NCBI GenBank assembly: GCA_965208945.1
Contig: OZ242366.1
Coordinates: forward strand, 5,290,048 to 5,354,047
Direction: 5' to 3'
DNA from: Bryobacterales bacterium
GTDB lineage: Bacteria > Acidobacteriota > Terriglobia > Bryobacterales > UBA6623
Length of the DNA: 64,000 nt
The notes under the pieces: generated by a model
The model's database searches: none
The model's input: only the letters and a program-made list of their open reading frames with translations
Told to the model about the DNA's origin: nothing
Part shown: positions 19,836 to 28,900 of the stretch, piece by piece
How the letters are laid out: every line of letters starts with the position of its first letter
Numbering within the stretch: the stretch's first letter is position 1
Position numbers and translations under genes: made by a program

Positions 19836-20027
19836 CGCAGCACCAGGCTGACCTGAAGCTTCTTGTTCAAAACCGTCTTTCCGCAATGCTCGAATGCCTC
19901 TCCGGCAATCTTCACGCACACAATGACACGCCTCAGTCGGTGCCCATAGGGGCACTCAGTCCCGTGGATCCTCCTGCTTTGTGGAATCGCTGTCCTGGTC
20001 ACCGGGCTGCTGGCTTCCTTGCGGCAG

Positions 20028-20861
20028 CTATCGGTATCCGGGAGGCACGTCATAAATCGTGCCCATCTCCGAGTTGACGAAAACAACGGCTGTTGCCCCA
20101 GCGGCAATACCTAAGTTAAGCGCAGCATAACTCGCGGGTAGATCCTGCACCCATAGACGAAACAATTCCGCTGCCAGCACAGAACCTGCGAGGGTGATCC
20201 ATCCCGGCCATCTTTTTGAGAACGGGCGGGGGATGCGTACCTTGCGTACATCCGACTTCGGGAAGGTACGTGTCTGTCCGTCCTTGAGCCACAGCGTGAT
20301 GGTGTCGGTCGTGGCCGAGTCGAAACGTCCTCTGATCCTCCGGTTCTCCTGGGGGACCGCGTCCCGGTACAAAGTCACTTCGGTCTTGGCGTTATGCGGC
20401 ACGACTTGCACACGGGACCAGTCCGCTTTTTTCGCCACCTTATTCACCTCGGACGCTAGCGACATTCTGAGCCGCTGAGAGACGGTCGAGCCTTTGATCT
20501 TTTTGTTCCTCCGTGCGTAATCCCAAGGTGTCCTGCCGGCTATGCTTGACGATCTCGGGTTGGCACCCGCTTCCAGCAATACCTTGATCACTACGGGGTC
20601 GGAGGTCTTTCGCGCCGCCCAATGCAAAGCGGTGAGTCCTTTGGGGTCCTGCTCGTTCGGATCCCTCCCGGCGCTGAGACAGGCCCTCACCTCGTCCACC
20701 GTGGCGGCCTCGAAAAACTTCGCTGTATTCCAGTCCTTGCAACTCTCCTCCGCCGCCGCCGGCAGCGGCAAGCCGGCCACAAGCAGCAGGCACGCCAGCC
20801 CGGCGGCCGTGGCCTTCTTGAGAAGACTTCCGTGGTTTCTGTTTCGCATGAGATTCCTCAT
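20028..20861 (-). CDS. Secreted ankyrin-repeat / beta-module / 2-TM protein, tandem paralog B (tail shortened by an in-frame TAG)
   Basis: Start at ATG 20861 (MRNLMRNRNHGSLLKK...). The architecture matches paralog A. It ends ...DVPPGYR-TAG, where the other copies have Met. A further 24 in-frame codons (20027..19956, including the original TGA) still encode the family tail LPQGSQQPGDQDSDSTKQEDPRD. Confidence 0.8.
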   Translation of the reverse strand: MRNLMRNRNHGSLLKKATAAGLACLLLVAGLPLPAAAEESCKDWNTAKFFEAATVDEVRACLSAGRDPNEQDPKGLTALHWAARKTSDPVVIKVLLEAGANPRSSSIAGRTPWDYARRNKKIKGSTVSQRLRMSLASEVNKVAKKADWSRVQVVPHNAKTEVTLYRDAVPQENRRIRGRFDSATTDTITLWLKDGQTRTFPKSDVRKVRIPRPFSKRWPGWITLAGSVLAAELFRLWVQDLPASYAALNLGIAAGATAVVFVNSEMGTIYDVPPGYR

Positions 20862-20981
20862 CGCAACATCAATCTGAGTCGAAGCTCCTCGTTCAAAACC
20901 GTCGTTCCGCAATGCTCGATGGCCTCGCCGGCCGTCTTCACGCGCATGATGACAAGCCTCAGGCGGCACTCACAGGGTCGC

Positions 20982-21896
20982 TCAATCCCGGGGATTCGCC
21001 TGCTTTGCAGACACGTTGTCTTGGTCACGGGACTGCTTGTCTCCCTGTGGTAGCATCCGGTACTCGGGCGGAACGCTGTAAATCGGACCCATCCCTGAGA
21101 AGAAAAAAGCAAGGACTGCAGACGGAAGGGTGGTTGTTGCGTGGACTCCAGCCATTGTTGACCCGGAGACATTGTCGACACTGGCGCTTATGCTGAGCAG
21201 AGTTTGCATGATCCCGAAAACAACTCCCAGCGTGATCCACCCCGGCGTTCGTTTAGAGAATGGACGGGGGACGAGAACCTTGTTCACTACCAACTTCGGA
21301 AAGGTGCGAGTCTGACCGCTTTTGAGCACGAGAGTGATGGAGTCGGCCGTGGCCGATTCGAAGCGACCCTTGAACCTGCGGACGGGGGCAGCGTCCTGGT
21401 GCAGCCGCACCTCGGTCTTTGTATTGCGCGACACGGCCATCACTCGGGTCCAGTCTGCCTTCTTCGCCACCTTTTTCGCCTCTGATGCTATCGCCATCCT
21501 GAGGCGCTCATAGGCAGCCGTCCTTTTGATCTTGCCGTTCGTTCGCGCGTAATACCAGGGTGTCCTGCCGGCTGTGCTGGACGTCCTCGGGTTGGCGCCC
21601 GCATCCAGCAGCGCCTCGATCACTGCGGGGTCGGAGGTTTTACGCGCCGCCCGATGCAGGGTGGTGAGTCCTTTTCTGTCCACCTCGTTCGGATCCCTCC
21701 CGGCGCTGAGACAGGCCCTCACCTCTTCCACCGTGGCGGACTCGAAAAACTTCGCTGTGTCCCAGTCCTTGCAACTCTCCTCCGCTGCCGCCGTCGGCAG
21801 CGGCAAGCCGGCCACGAGCAGCAGGCATGCCAGCCCGGCGGCCGTGGCCTTCTTGAAAAGACGGTCGTGGTTTCCGTTTGCCATGAGATTCCTCAT
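20982..21896 (-). CDS. Secreted ankyrin-repeat / beta-module / 2-TM protein, tandem paralog C
   Basis: Start at ATG 21896 (MRNLMANGNHDRLFKK...). It has a signal peptide, ANK (DRKGLTTLHRAARKTSDPAVIEALLDAGANP), a beta-module, 2 TM helices and the tail EYRMLPQGDKQSRDQDNVSAKQANPRD. Confidence 0.8.
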   Translation of the reverse strand: MRNLMANGNHDRLFKKATAAGLACLLLVAGLPLPTAAAEESCKDWDTAKFFESATVEEVRACLSAGRDPNEVDRKGLTTLHRAARKTSDPAVIEALLDAGANPRTSSTAGRTPWYYARTNGKIKRTAAYERLRMAIASEAKKVAKKADWTRVMAVSRNTKTEVRLHQDAAPVRRFKGRFESATADSITLVLKSGQTRTFPKLVVNKVLVPRPFSKRTPGWITLGVVFGIMQTLLSISASVDNVSGSTMAGVHATTTLPSAVLAFFFSGMGPIYSVPPEYRMLPQGDKQSRDQDNVSAKQANPRD

Positions 21897-22016
21897 CGCA
21901 ACACCAGGCTGACCTGAAGCTTCTTGTTGAAAACCGTTGTTCCGCAATGCTCGATGGCGTCTCCGGCAGTCTTGTCGCGCATGATGACACGCCTCAGGCG
22001 GCATCCTGGGGGTCAC

Positions 22017-22919
22017 TCAATCCCGTGGGTCCTCCTGCTTTGCAGACACGTTGCCCTGGTCACCGGGCTGTTTGTCTCCTTGCGGCTGCATCCGGTGCTC
22101 GAGCGGAACGTTGTAGATCCCTTTCAGCCGCGAGATATAGAAAAAAGCGGCTCCGGTCGGGAGGGCGTGAAATGCGTGACTCCCCAATCTCAGCGATACC
22201 GGCGGAGTTGATTCCGCAAACAGCAGAATCGAGATCTCAAGCGCCGCACTGCAAACCGCCATGGCAACCCACCCCGGCCATCGTTTCCGGATCGGGCGGC
22301 GGGTGAGCACCTTGCGCACGGCCAGCTTTGGGAAAGTGCGCACTTGCCCGTTCTCGAGCACGAGCGTGATGGAATCGGCCGTGGCCGATTGGAAGCGGCC
22401 CTTGATCTTCCTGTTTCCTTGCAGGGCTACGTCCTGGTACAACCGTATCTTGGTCTTTCGATGGTGCGGCACAGCTTGCACTTGGGACCAGTCCGCCTTC
22501 TTCGGCACCTTCACCGAAACGATCATGAGCCGCTGCCAGGCGTCGGAGCCTTGGATCTTTTTGTTCTTCCGCGCGTAATACCGGGGCAGCCTGCCGGCTA
22601 TGCTGGACGACCTCGGGTTGGCGCCCGCATCCAGCAACGCGTCGATCACCGCCGGGTCGGCGGTATCCCGCGCCGCCCGATGCAGGGCGGTGAGTCCTTT
22701 GGGGTCCTGCTCGTTCGAACCCCTCCCGGCGCTGAGACAGGCCCTCACCTCGCCCACCGTGGCGGACTTAAAAAACTTCGCAGTCCTCCAGCCCTTGCAG
22801 CTCTCCGCTGCCGCCGCCGGCAGCGGCAAGCCGGCCACGAGCAGCATGCACGCCAGCCCGGCGGACGTGGCCTTCTTGAGAAGACTTCCGTGGTTTCTGT
22901 TTCCCATGAGATTCCTCAT
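22017..22919 (-). CDS. Secreted ankyrin-repeat / beta-module / 2-TM protein, tandem paralog D
   Basis: Start at ATG 22919 (MRNLMGNRNHGSLLKK...). Same architecture, with the tail EHRMQPQGDKQPGDQGNVSAKQEDPRD. Confidence 0.8.
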   Translation of the reverse strand: MRNLMGNRNHGSLLKKATSAGLACMLLVAGLPLPAAAAESCKGWRTAKFFKSATVGEVRACLSAGRGSNEQDPKGLTALHRAARDTADPAVIDALLDAGANPRSSSIAGRLPRYYARKNKKIQGSDAWQRLMIVSVKVPKKADWSQVQAVPHHRKTKIRLYQDVALQGNRKIKGRFQSATADSITLVLENGQVRTFPKLAVRKVLTRRPIRKRWPGWVAMAVCSAALEISILLFAESTPPVSLRLGSHAFHALPTGAAFFYISRLKGIYNVPLEHRMQPQGDKQPGDQGNVSAKQEDPRD

Positions 22920-23039
22920 CGCAACACCAGGCTGACCTGAAGCTTCTTGTTCAAAACCGTTGTTCCGCAATGTTGGATGGCCTCTCCGGCAGTCTTGTCG
23001 CGCATGATGACACGCCTCAGGCGGCACACCCAGGGTCAC

Positions 23040-23951
23040 TCAATCCCGTGGATCCTCCTGCTCTATGGAACCGCTTTCCTGGTCGCCGGGCTGCTGGTCT
23101 CCTTGCGGCAGCATCCGGTGCTTGGGCGGGAGGTCGTAAATCGTACCCATGCCCGAGACGGAGAAAGCAGCCAGCGTGGCCACAAGCGTGATGATTGCGT
23201 GGCCCACAATTCTTTCTGAGGCGGTGGTCCGGGATTCGCTGATATCTATATTTACGAGAAATTCCGTCATCGCAAAAGCAACCCCCAAAGCGATCCACCC
23301 TGGCTTTCGTTTCTTGACAGGACGCCAAGTCCGCACCTTGCGCACGTCCTGCTTGTGCACAGTGCGCGTCTGTCCGCTCTTGAGCACGAGCGTGATGGAG
23401 TCGGCCGTAGCGGAGACGAAGCGTCCCTTGATCCTCAGGCTCGACGGAGGGGCTGCGTCCTCATACAGCCGCACCACGGTCTTTCGGTGGCTCGGCACGG
23501 CCTGCACTCGGGACCAGTCCGCCTTCTTCGCCACCTTTTTTGCCTCGGACGCTATCGCCATCCTGAGGCGCTCATAGGCGGCCGTGCCTTTGATTTTGCC
23601 GTTCGTCCGCGCGTAATACCAGGGTGTCCTGCCGGCTCTGCTGGACACCCTCGGGTTGGCGCCCGCATCCAGCAACGCCTCAATCACGGCCGGGTCGGAG
23701 GCATCCCGGGCCGCCCGATGCAGGGCGGTGAGTCTTTGTCTGTCTCGCTCGTTCGGGTCTCTCCCGGCGCTGAGACAGGTCCTCACCTGCACCACCGCAG
23801 CGGTCTCAAAAAACTTTGCTGTGTTCCAGTCCTTGCAACTCTCCTCCGCCGCCGCCGGCAGCGGCAAGCCGGCCACAAGCAGCAGGCAAACCAGCCCGGC
23901 GGCTGTGATCTTTTTGAGAAGACAGTCGTAGTTCCCAGTGGGTCTCGTCAT
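23040..23951 (-). CDS. Secreted ankyrin-repeat / beta-module / 2-TM protein, tandem paralog E (first in the array)
   Basis: 303 aa beginning MTRPTGNYDCLLKKITAAGLVCLLLVAGLPLPAAAEE. Same architecture, with the tail KHRMLPQGDQQPGDQESGSIEQEDPRD. Confidence 0.8.
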   Translation of the reverse strand: MTRPTGNYDCLLKKITAAGLVCLLLVAGLPLPAAAEESCKDWNTAKFFETAAVVQVRTCLSAGRDPNERDRQRLTALHRAARDASDPAVIEALLDAGANPRVSSRAGRTPWYYARTNGKIKGTAAYERLRMAIASEAKKVAKKADWSRVQAVPSHRKTVVRLYEDAAPPSSLRIKGRFVSATADSITLVLKSGQTRTVHKQDVRKVRTWRPVKKRKPGWIALGVAFAMTEFLVNIDISESRTTASERIVGHAIITLVATLAAFSVSGMGTIYDLPPKHRMLPQGDQQPGDQESGSIEQEDPRD

Positions 23952-23975
23952 CGCAGCACCAAGCTGACCTGAAGC

Positions 23976-24040
23976 TCCTCGTCCGACACCGCGGTGAGTC
24001 CTTGCGTGTCCTGCTCGTTCGGATCTTCCCGGCGCTCCTC
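23976..24040 (-). pseudogene. Remnant of a sixth ankyrin unit
   Basis: After the inter-unit spacer (23948-23976), the sequence GGTGAGTCCTTGCGTGTCCTGCTCGTTCGGATCTTCCCGGCGCT matches the ANK-coding segment GGTGAGTCCTTTGGGGTCCTGCTCGTTCGGATCCCTCCCGGCGCT of the intact units. The rest of the unit is absent. Confidence 0.55.
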
Positions 24041-24130
24041 TTGAGGGCGTTGCAGGTCTCCGCTCGGGCCGAATTACAGCAGTTCATTCTGCTGCTCTTC
24101 CTCCAACGCTGCCCACGCCCCGACCGCGCC

Positions 24131-24270
24131 GTTGAGACATACAAAATTCACATATATCTACGAATTAATCATATAAAAGACACTGATTTAGAAGAGTTAC
24201 AAAATTTGTCATGTATAGTAACAGTTGATCTGAAAATAAGGTCCATTAAAGAAGGATCGGTCACAAAAAA
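24131..24270. other. AT-rich island in the divergent intergenic region between the ankyrin array and its non-ANK paralogs
   Basis: My hand count is 40 G+C in 140 nt (about 29%), against a flanking composition above 60%. I call no convincing sigma70 boxes. Confidence 0.7.
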
Positions 24271-24340
24271 GCACGAGAAGGGCTTGGCGTCGCTCGTGGT
24301 CCACTACAGCGTGGCTGACTGGCCCGACATGATCGCGGCC

Positions 24341-24412
24341 GGTCCGGCCTACGCGCACCAGGAGTTGAGCGCCAAGTGATGATCGCAGCCACTATCAGGA
24401 GTAGCTGAGATG
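24341..24412 (+). repeat. 72-bp leader repeat, copy a (ends in the ATG of the 24410 gene)
   Basis: Sequence is GGTCCGGCCTACGCGCACCAGGAGTTGAGCGCCAAGTGATGATCGCAGCCACTATCAGGAGTAGCTGAGATGG. It includes the end of a dead ORF (...GPAYAHQELSAK-TGA) plus AGGAG and ATG. Confidence 0.85.
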
Positions 24413-25051
24413 GCGAAGTCCTATGCTTTGCTGCTTTCTGCCGCGCTGTTGGCAGCCCCCGCGGGCCGCGCCGATGAGGTCGTCGTACGGGCCGACTGGG
24501 ACAAGGCCCGCTCTATGCTGGCCCAAGGCGAGTATCGCCCCAGAATCGCGCTTGAACTGAAGTCGCCCAAGCGGGTGACGCTGACCCAGGACCGGGGGGA
24601 GTTCCACCCCAGGAACCGGAAAGAAGTCGAACTGAAGCCAGGGAAATGGATCAAGGGGAAACTCATCGAGGCGACCGGCCCGGGCCTGCAGCTCGTTTAC
24701 CGGGAGCATGAGATCAGTTTCTTGCGGGAAGACATCCGCAGAATCCGGTTGATACCCCTCAAGGCGGACCGCACCAAGAATCGCGGGATAGGCTTATGGT
24801 TAGGTATCCCTATCGGAATTGGGGTAGGCCTTGCCGCCGGCAAGGAGGTTTGTGGATCTAGTGGTGGGTGTGGCAACGCCGGTGGCTTGACGTTTCTTGT
24901 CGGCGTACCGATAGCAGTGGCCTATTTGTTCCACAAGCTCGGTGGAGGAAGGCGGGCCGCGCGAGAGGCCGTGGTGGTTGTGTTGGAGGAGAGCACGGCG
25001 AACAACCCACCGGTCCCAGCACAGGCGTCAGGGTCTTCCCAGGACAACTAG
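24410..25051 (+). CDS. Secreted beta-module / glycine-zipper membrane protein (non-ankyrin paralog F)
   Basis: 213 aa with the signal peptide MAKSYALLLSAALLAAPAGRA. Contains ADWDKARSML..., KGKLIEATGPGLQLVYREHEISFLREDIRRIRL and the Gly-rich TM region GIGLWLGIPIGIGVGLAAG...GLTFLVGVPIAVAYLF. The module order matches the C-terminal two thirds of the ankyrin paralogs. Confidence 0.7.
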   Translation: MAKSYALLLSAALLAAPAGRADEVVVRADWDKARSMLAQGEYRPRIALELKSPKRVTLTQDRGEFHPRNRKEVELKPGKWIKGKLIEATGPGLQLVYREHEISFLREDIRRIRLIPLKADRTKNRGIGLWLGIPIGIGVGLAAGKEVCGSSGGCGNAGGLTFLVGVPIAVAYLFHKLGGGRRAAREAVVVVLEESTANNPPVPAQASGSSQDN

Positions 25052-25178
25052 GAGCGCGCTTCTATCCCCGTCAGGCAGACGGATGCATCCGATACTTTCA
25101 ACACAGGCAAGGGTAAGGCGAAATGACAGCGGGCTGTCAGCGACAGCCGTTGGGGCAGTCCCGACGGGAGGGTTTGAA

Positions 25179-25676
25179 ATGAGACTCAGGTTCCCGATCG
25201 GACGGAAATGCATGGGCCTTGGCTTGATGGTTTCCCTGGCTTGGCTGGGTCCGGGGCTTCGCGCCGATGAACCTCGGCGCGACTGGAGCCGTGTTCAGGC
25301 ATTGGCATCCGGCCAGCAAATTGTCGTCAAGCCTTTTAAGGGAATGGGGCCCAAGGTGAAAGGCGCTTATGTTTCCAGTGATGCCGACCGTCTTATTGTC
25401 CGAAGGCAAAACGGCCAGGAGGCCACCATTTCCAAGGACCGTATTCACCTGGTCGCACGGAAACGAAGTTTACGAAACACTGTCCTGATTGGAACGGTCG
25501 CCGGATTCGCAATCGGCGCTAGCCTAACCAAGGGAAACGATTTCAATCAGCCTCAAGGCGCTTTGTTTTTTGGGGGAATCTTTGCCGGTATCGGTGCTCT
25601 AGGAGGCCTTGCAGCCCGAGGTAGTGGAATACATTCTGTTGTCTATCAAGTCGACGATCAAGACCGAAGACGGTAA
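25179..25676 (+). CDS. Secreted beta-module / glycine-zipper membrane protein (non-ankyrin paralog G)
   Basis: I moved the start to ATG 25179 (GGGAGGG upstream). Signal sequence is MRLRFPIGRKCMGLGLMVSLAWLGPGLRA. RDWSRVQALASGQQIVVK...VKGAYVSSDADRLIVRRQNGQEATISKDRIHLV resembles ADWSRVQ...RGRFDSATTDTITLWLKDGQ of the ANK paralogs. A Gly-rich TM region follows. Confidence 0.7.
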   Translation: MRLRFPIGRKCMGLGLMVSLAWLGPGLRADEPRRDWSRVQALASGQQIVVKPFKGMGPKVKGAYVSSDADRLIVRRQNGQEATISKDRIHLVARKRSLRNTVLIGTVAGFAIGASLTKGNDFNQPQGALFFGGIFAGIGALGGLAARGSGIHSVVYQVDDQDRRR

Positions 25677-25810
25677 AAGACTCCGTGACCCAGCATTGAT
25701 ATCTTCCATAACTTAACCGCCGTCTTCAGGACTGAGGGTCAACCTGGTGTTGTCGTGATGAAGCTCACATTGTTCTCTGACAGGTATGGGGACCGTGAGA
25801 TCGGCTGTTC

Positions 25811-25883
25811 GGTCCGGCCTCCGAGTATCAGGAGTTGAGCGCCAAGTGATGATTGCGGGCCACTAACAGGAGGAGCTGAGATC
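25811..25883 (+). repeat. 72-bp leader repeat, copy b (upstream of the astacin-NHL gene)
   Basis: Sequence is GGTCCGGCCTCCGAGTATCAGGAGTTGAGCGCCAAGTGATGATTGCGGGCCACTAACAGGAGGAGCTGAGATCG. It is about 85% identical to copy a by eye, and the terminal ATG has become ATC. Confidence 0.85.
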
Positions 25884-25941
25884 GAACGCTCGCCGGGTGC
25901 TCGGGAAGAGCATCGCGACGGGCAAGGCCTAGCGAACCTAC

Positions 25942-28900
25942 ATGGAAGCAACGACCAGTTTCGAGGGGCAGGCGCTTCCCGGTCGCGGCGCTGCGTTGAT
26001 CGGCTCCAAAACCCCGGTTCGTCACTCTGGTTTCGCGATCTCGGGTGTGAGCTCTGCCGTGAGAACTATTTGTCCGTTCCTTGCCATGGCTGCAGTGTTG
26101 GCGGCAACGGATCTCGCATCCGCCCAACAGTTCGACCCCGTTGCCCGCGACATCCGCACCGGAGTCTACCGGGGCCACGTCGTCACCTACGAGGTTGTTG
26201 ACGGACTCGCGATCTGGGACGGCGATATCATCCTCGGCACCCCCGAGGAACTGAGCCCCGAGCCTATGCCGACACCCGGGAACCCGCTCGACGGCCGCAA
26301 CAAGATCTCAGCGGTTAGCAGCAAGGAAAGACTCTGGCCCGGCGGCATCATTCCCTACGTCATCGATCCGGAACTAACGAACCCGCACGTCCCTGTCGCG
26401 ATCCAGCATTGGAACGAGAACACCGTCATCCAGCTTGTGGCAAGAACGGATCAGCCGAACTGGGTTCGCTTTGAGCCCGGCAGAGGATGTTCGGCGGAAG
26501 TAGGCATGGTCGGCGGAGAACAGACAGTCTCTCTCAGCAAAGGCTGCAGCCCAGGAGACGTCGTTCATGAGATCGGTCACGCGGCCGGGCTCTGGCACGA
26601 GCACCAACGAAAAGATCGAGATCCCTACGTCTGGGTATCGCCCAGCCCCTTGGTTTTTGATCCATGGTCTTACGTGAAAGATGGGCCCTACGCAGTGCCT
26701 AGCGGCCCGTATGACTACGGTTCGAACATGCATTACGCTTGGCTCGGCACGTTAGTAACAATCCCGCCCGGCATAACGCTCGGAAGAGGCGGTCAGCAGC
26801 TCGGGACGGGCTCGAGTACAGGACTCTCCGCCGGGGATATCGACGGCGTCAGCCGGCTGTATGGGACGATCCCGACCAGGACAACCGTCTCGGCAAACGT
26901 CGCAGGTCTGCTGATAGAGGTTGACGGTGAAACTTACACCGCGCCGCACGGTTTCGACTGGGAGCCAGGCAGCATCCACACGATCGGCGTTGCGTCGCCC
27001 CAAAAGGACGTGCACGGGAGTGACTACATTCGATATCTATTCGCCAAGTGGAGCGACGGCGGTGCGCAAAGCCACTCCGTGACGGCATCTTCGGAAACCA
27101 CCGTCTTCATAGCGAATTTCATTGAGCAGATCAGGCCCGAGGTTACAGCACACCCTCCAGAGGGCGGGACCGTCAGGTTAGACCCTCCCACCGTCGACGG
27201 CTTCTATCCGTGGTTCTCTCTTGTCAAAGCCTACGCCGAACCCGCCGAGGGTTTCTCGTTCGAACACTGGAAACCCTGGTGGTTTCTACCGCTCCGCGGT
27301 GGCTTTTCCAGCAATCCCGCACTAAATCATGTCGGGCAAAGTTACCCGGCCTATTTCACACAGCAACCCCTTACCACGATCGACACGAACTTTCCGGGTA
27401 CCCATGTCCTAGTGGACGGCTCCGAGACACTCCTGCCCTCCAACTTTGCCTGGGAAGCCGGCAGCACTCACACGCTCGGATTCGGCGGTCCTATTGGTGA
27501 GGTCCAGACCGTCAACGGCTTGCCTGGCCACTTTATATTCGATGGCTGGAGCGACAACGGCGGCGCAACGCACAACATCACCGCTTCAGCCGAGCCGGCT
27601 ACGATCACGGCGAATTTCACGAGGCAGGTTTATGTAGAGACGTTTTCCCACGGATCGGGGGGGATAGAAGTGCAGCCCAGCGGTTCGGAGGGTGACTTCC
27701 ATAACCTCTCCACCACGGTTCACTTGACCGCGCGACCCGCTCCGGGTTTCAAGTTCGTGTCCTGGCTCGGAGACTTGTCCGGAACCAAGAACCCGCAATC
27801 GATGCTCATGGACTCCAACAAATGGGTCCGGGCTTTCTTTCTCGATGAGGAAACTTACAAATCGGCCAAGCTGACCTCCGGGAAACCATTCAACTTGCTC
27901 TTCGGTCCCGGCGGGGCCAGCGTGGAAGGCTACAACGGCTACTGGATTGACGTGCCGAGGGGGGCCACTCAACTCGACATTCGTCTCGTCACCACCATGC
28001 CAAACGCCGAGATCGACCTGTACGCAAACCGTGACATCCGTCCGAGCGCCATGTACGGCGCAAACAATGAAGGGCTCATCGGGTATGAAAGTCAGTACTC
28101 GGCCACGGGGCCGGGAGGCGACGAGACGATCACCATCACGTCGGCGTCAAATCCGCCCCTCGAACCGGGGCCTTACTTCATCGCCGTCCACGTACGCAGA
28201 CAGGGAGTGCGCGTCAATAGAACCTTGACCGCCGCCGTAACCGTCTCGGAGGAGGAGATTGCCGCCCAGGCGCCTCATTTCGGCATCCCTGCTTCCCTGA
28301 TCACCACGCAGGAAGGCGAGACACCGGCGCCGCAACGCCTCGAGATCCGCAACTCGGGCCGCGGGACGCTGGACTACGGAATCACCACGGACCAACCCTG
28401 GCTCTCCGTCTGGCCCAATCAAGGTTCCTCGGCGGGGGAAACGGACACGGTCGAGATTACCGCAGACCCGTCGAATCTGGAGCCGGGGACATACGAGGGC
28501 TCGATCACCATCATCGAGCAGCAACCTGCGGGAGGCTTTTCCGGCCTTTTCTCAAAGAGTACGACGCCCGCATGGCCGTTCACGGTGCCGGTGACGTTGA
28601 TTGTCATCCCGGAGAGTTCGGAGCCCCCCCGTTCAGTCCCCCCTTCCGAGCCTAATACCACGGGCCCTTCCGCGGGAGACGGCGGTCCGGCTGTCGAGGC
28701 TAGGCTATATGCCCCCAATGATGTGACCGTGGATGCGGCCGGCAACCTCTTCATCGCCGATACGGGCAACCGCCACATTCGTAAGGTGGACCCCTCTGGC
28801 ATCATTACCGTTATCGCCGGAATCGGTGAGGAGGGCTACACCGGGGACGGCGGCCCGGCGATCGACGCTCGGCTAGCCTACCCCGCAGGCGTGACAGTAG

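Noticed and set aside
18834-24045. A diversity-generating retroelement or invertase-driven phase variation as the explanation for the variable ankyrin units
   Set aside because: The window contains no reverse transcriptase, no template/variable repeat pair with adenine-specific differences, no recombinase gene and no inverted-repeat switch.
24131-24270. Specific -35/-10 promoter boxes in the AT-rich island, such as TTACAA ... TATAGT
   Set aside because: The spacing is non-canonical (about 11 nt) and the promoter consensus of this lineage is unknown to me. I annotated it only as a compositional island.
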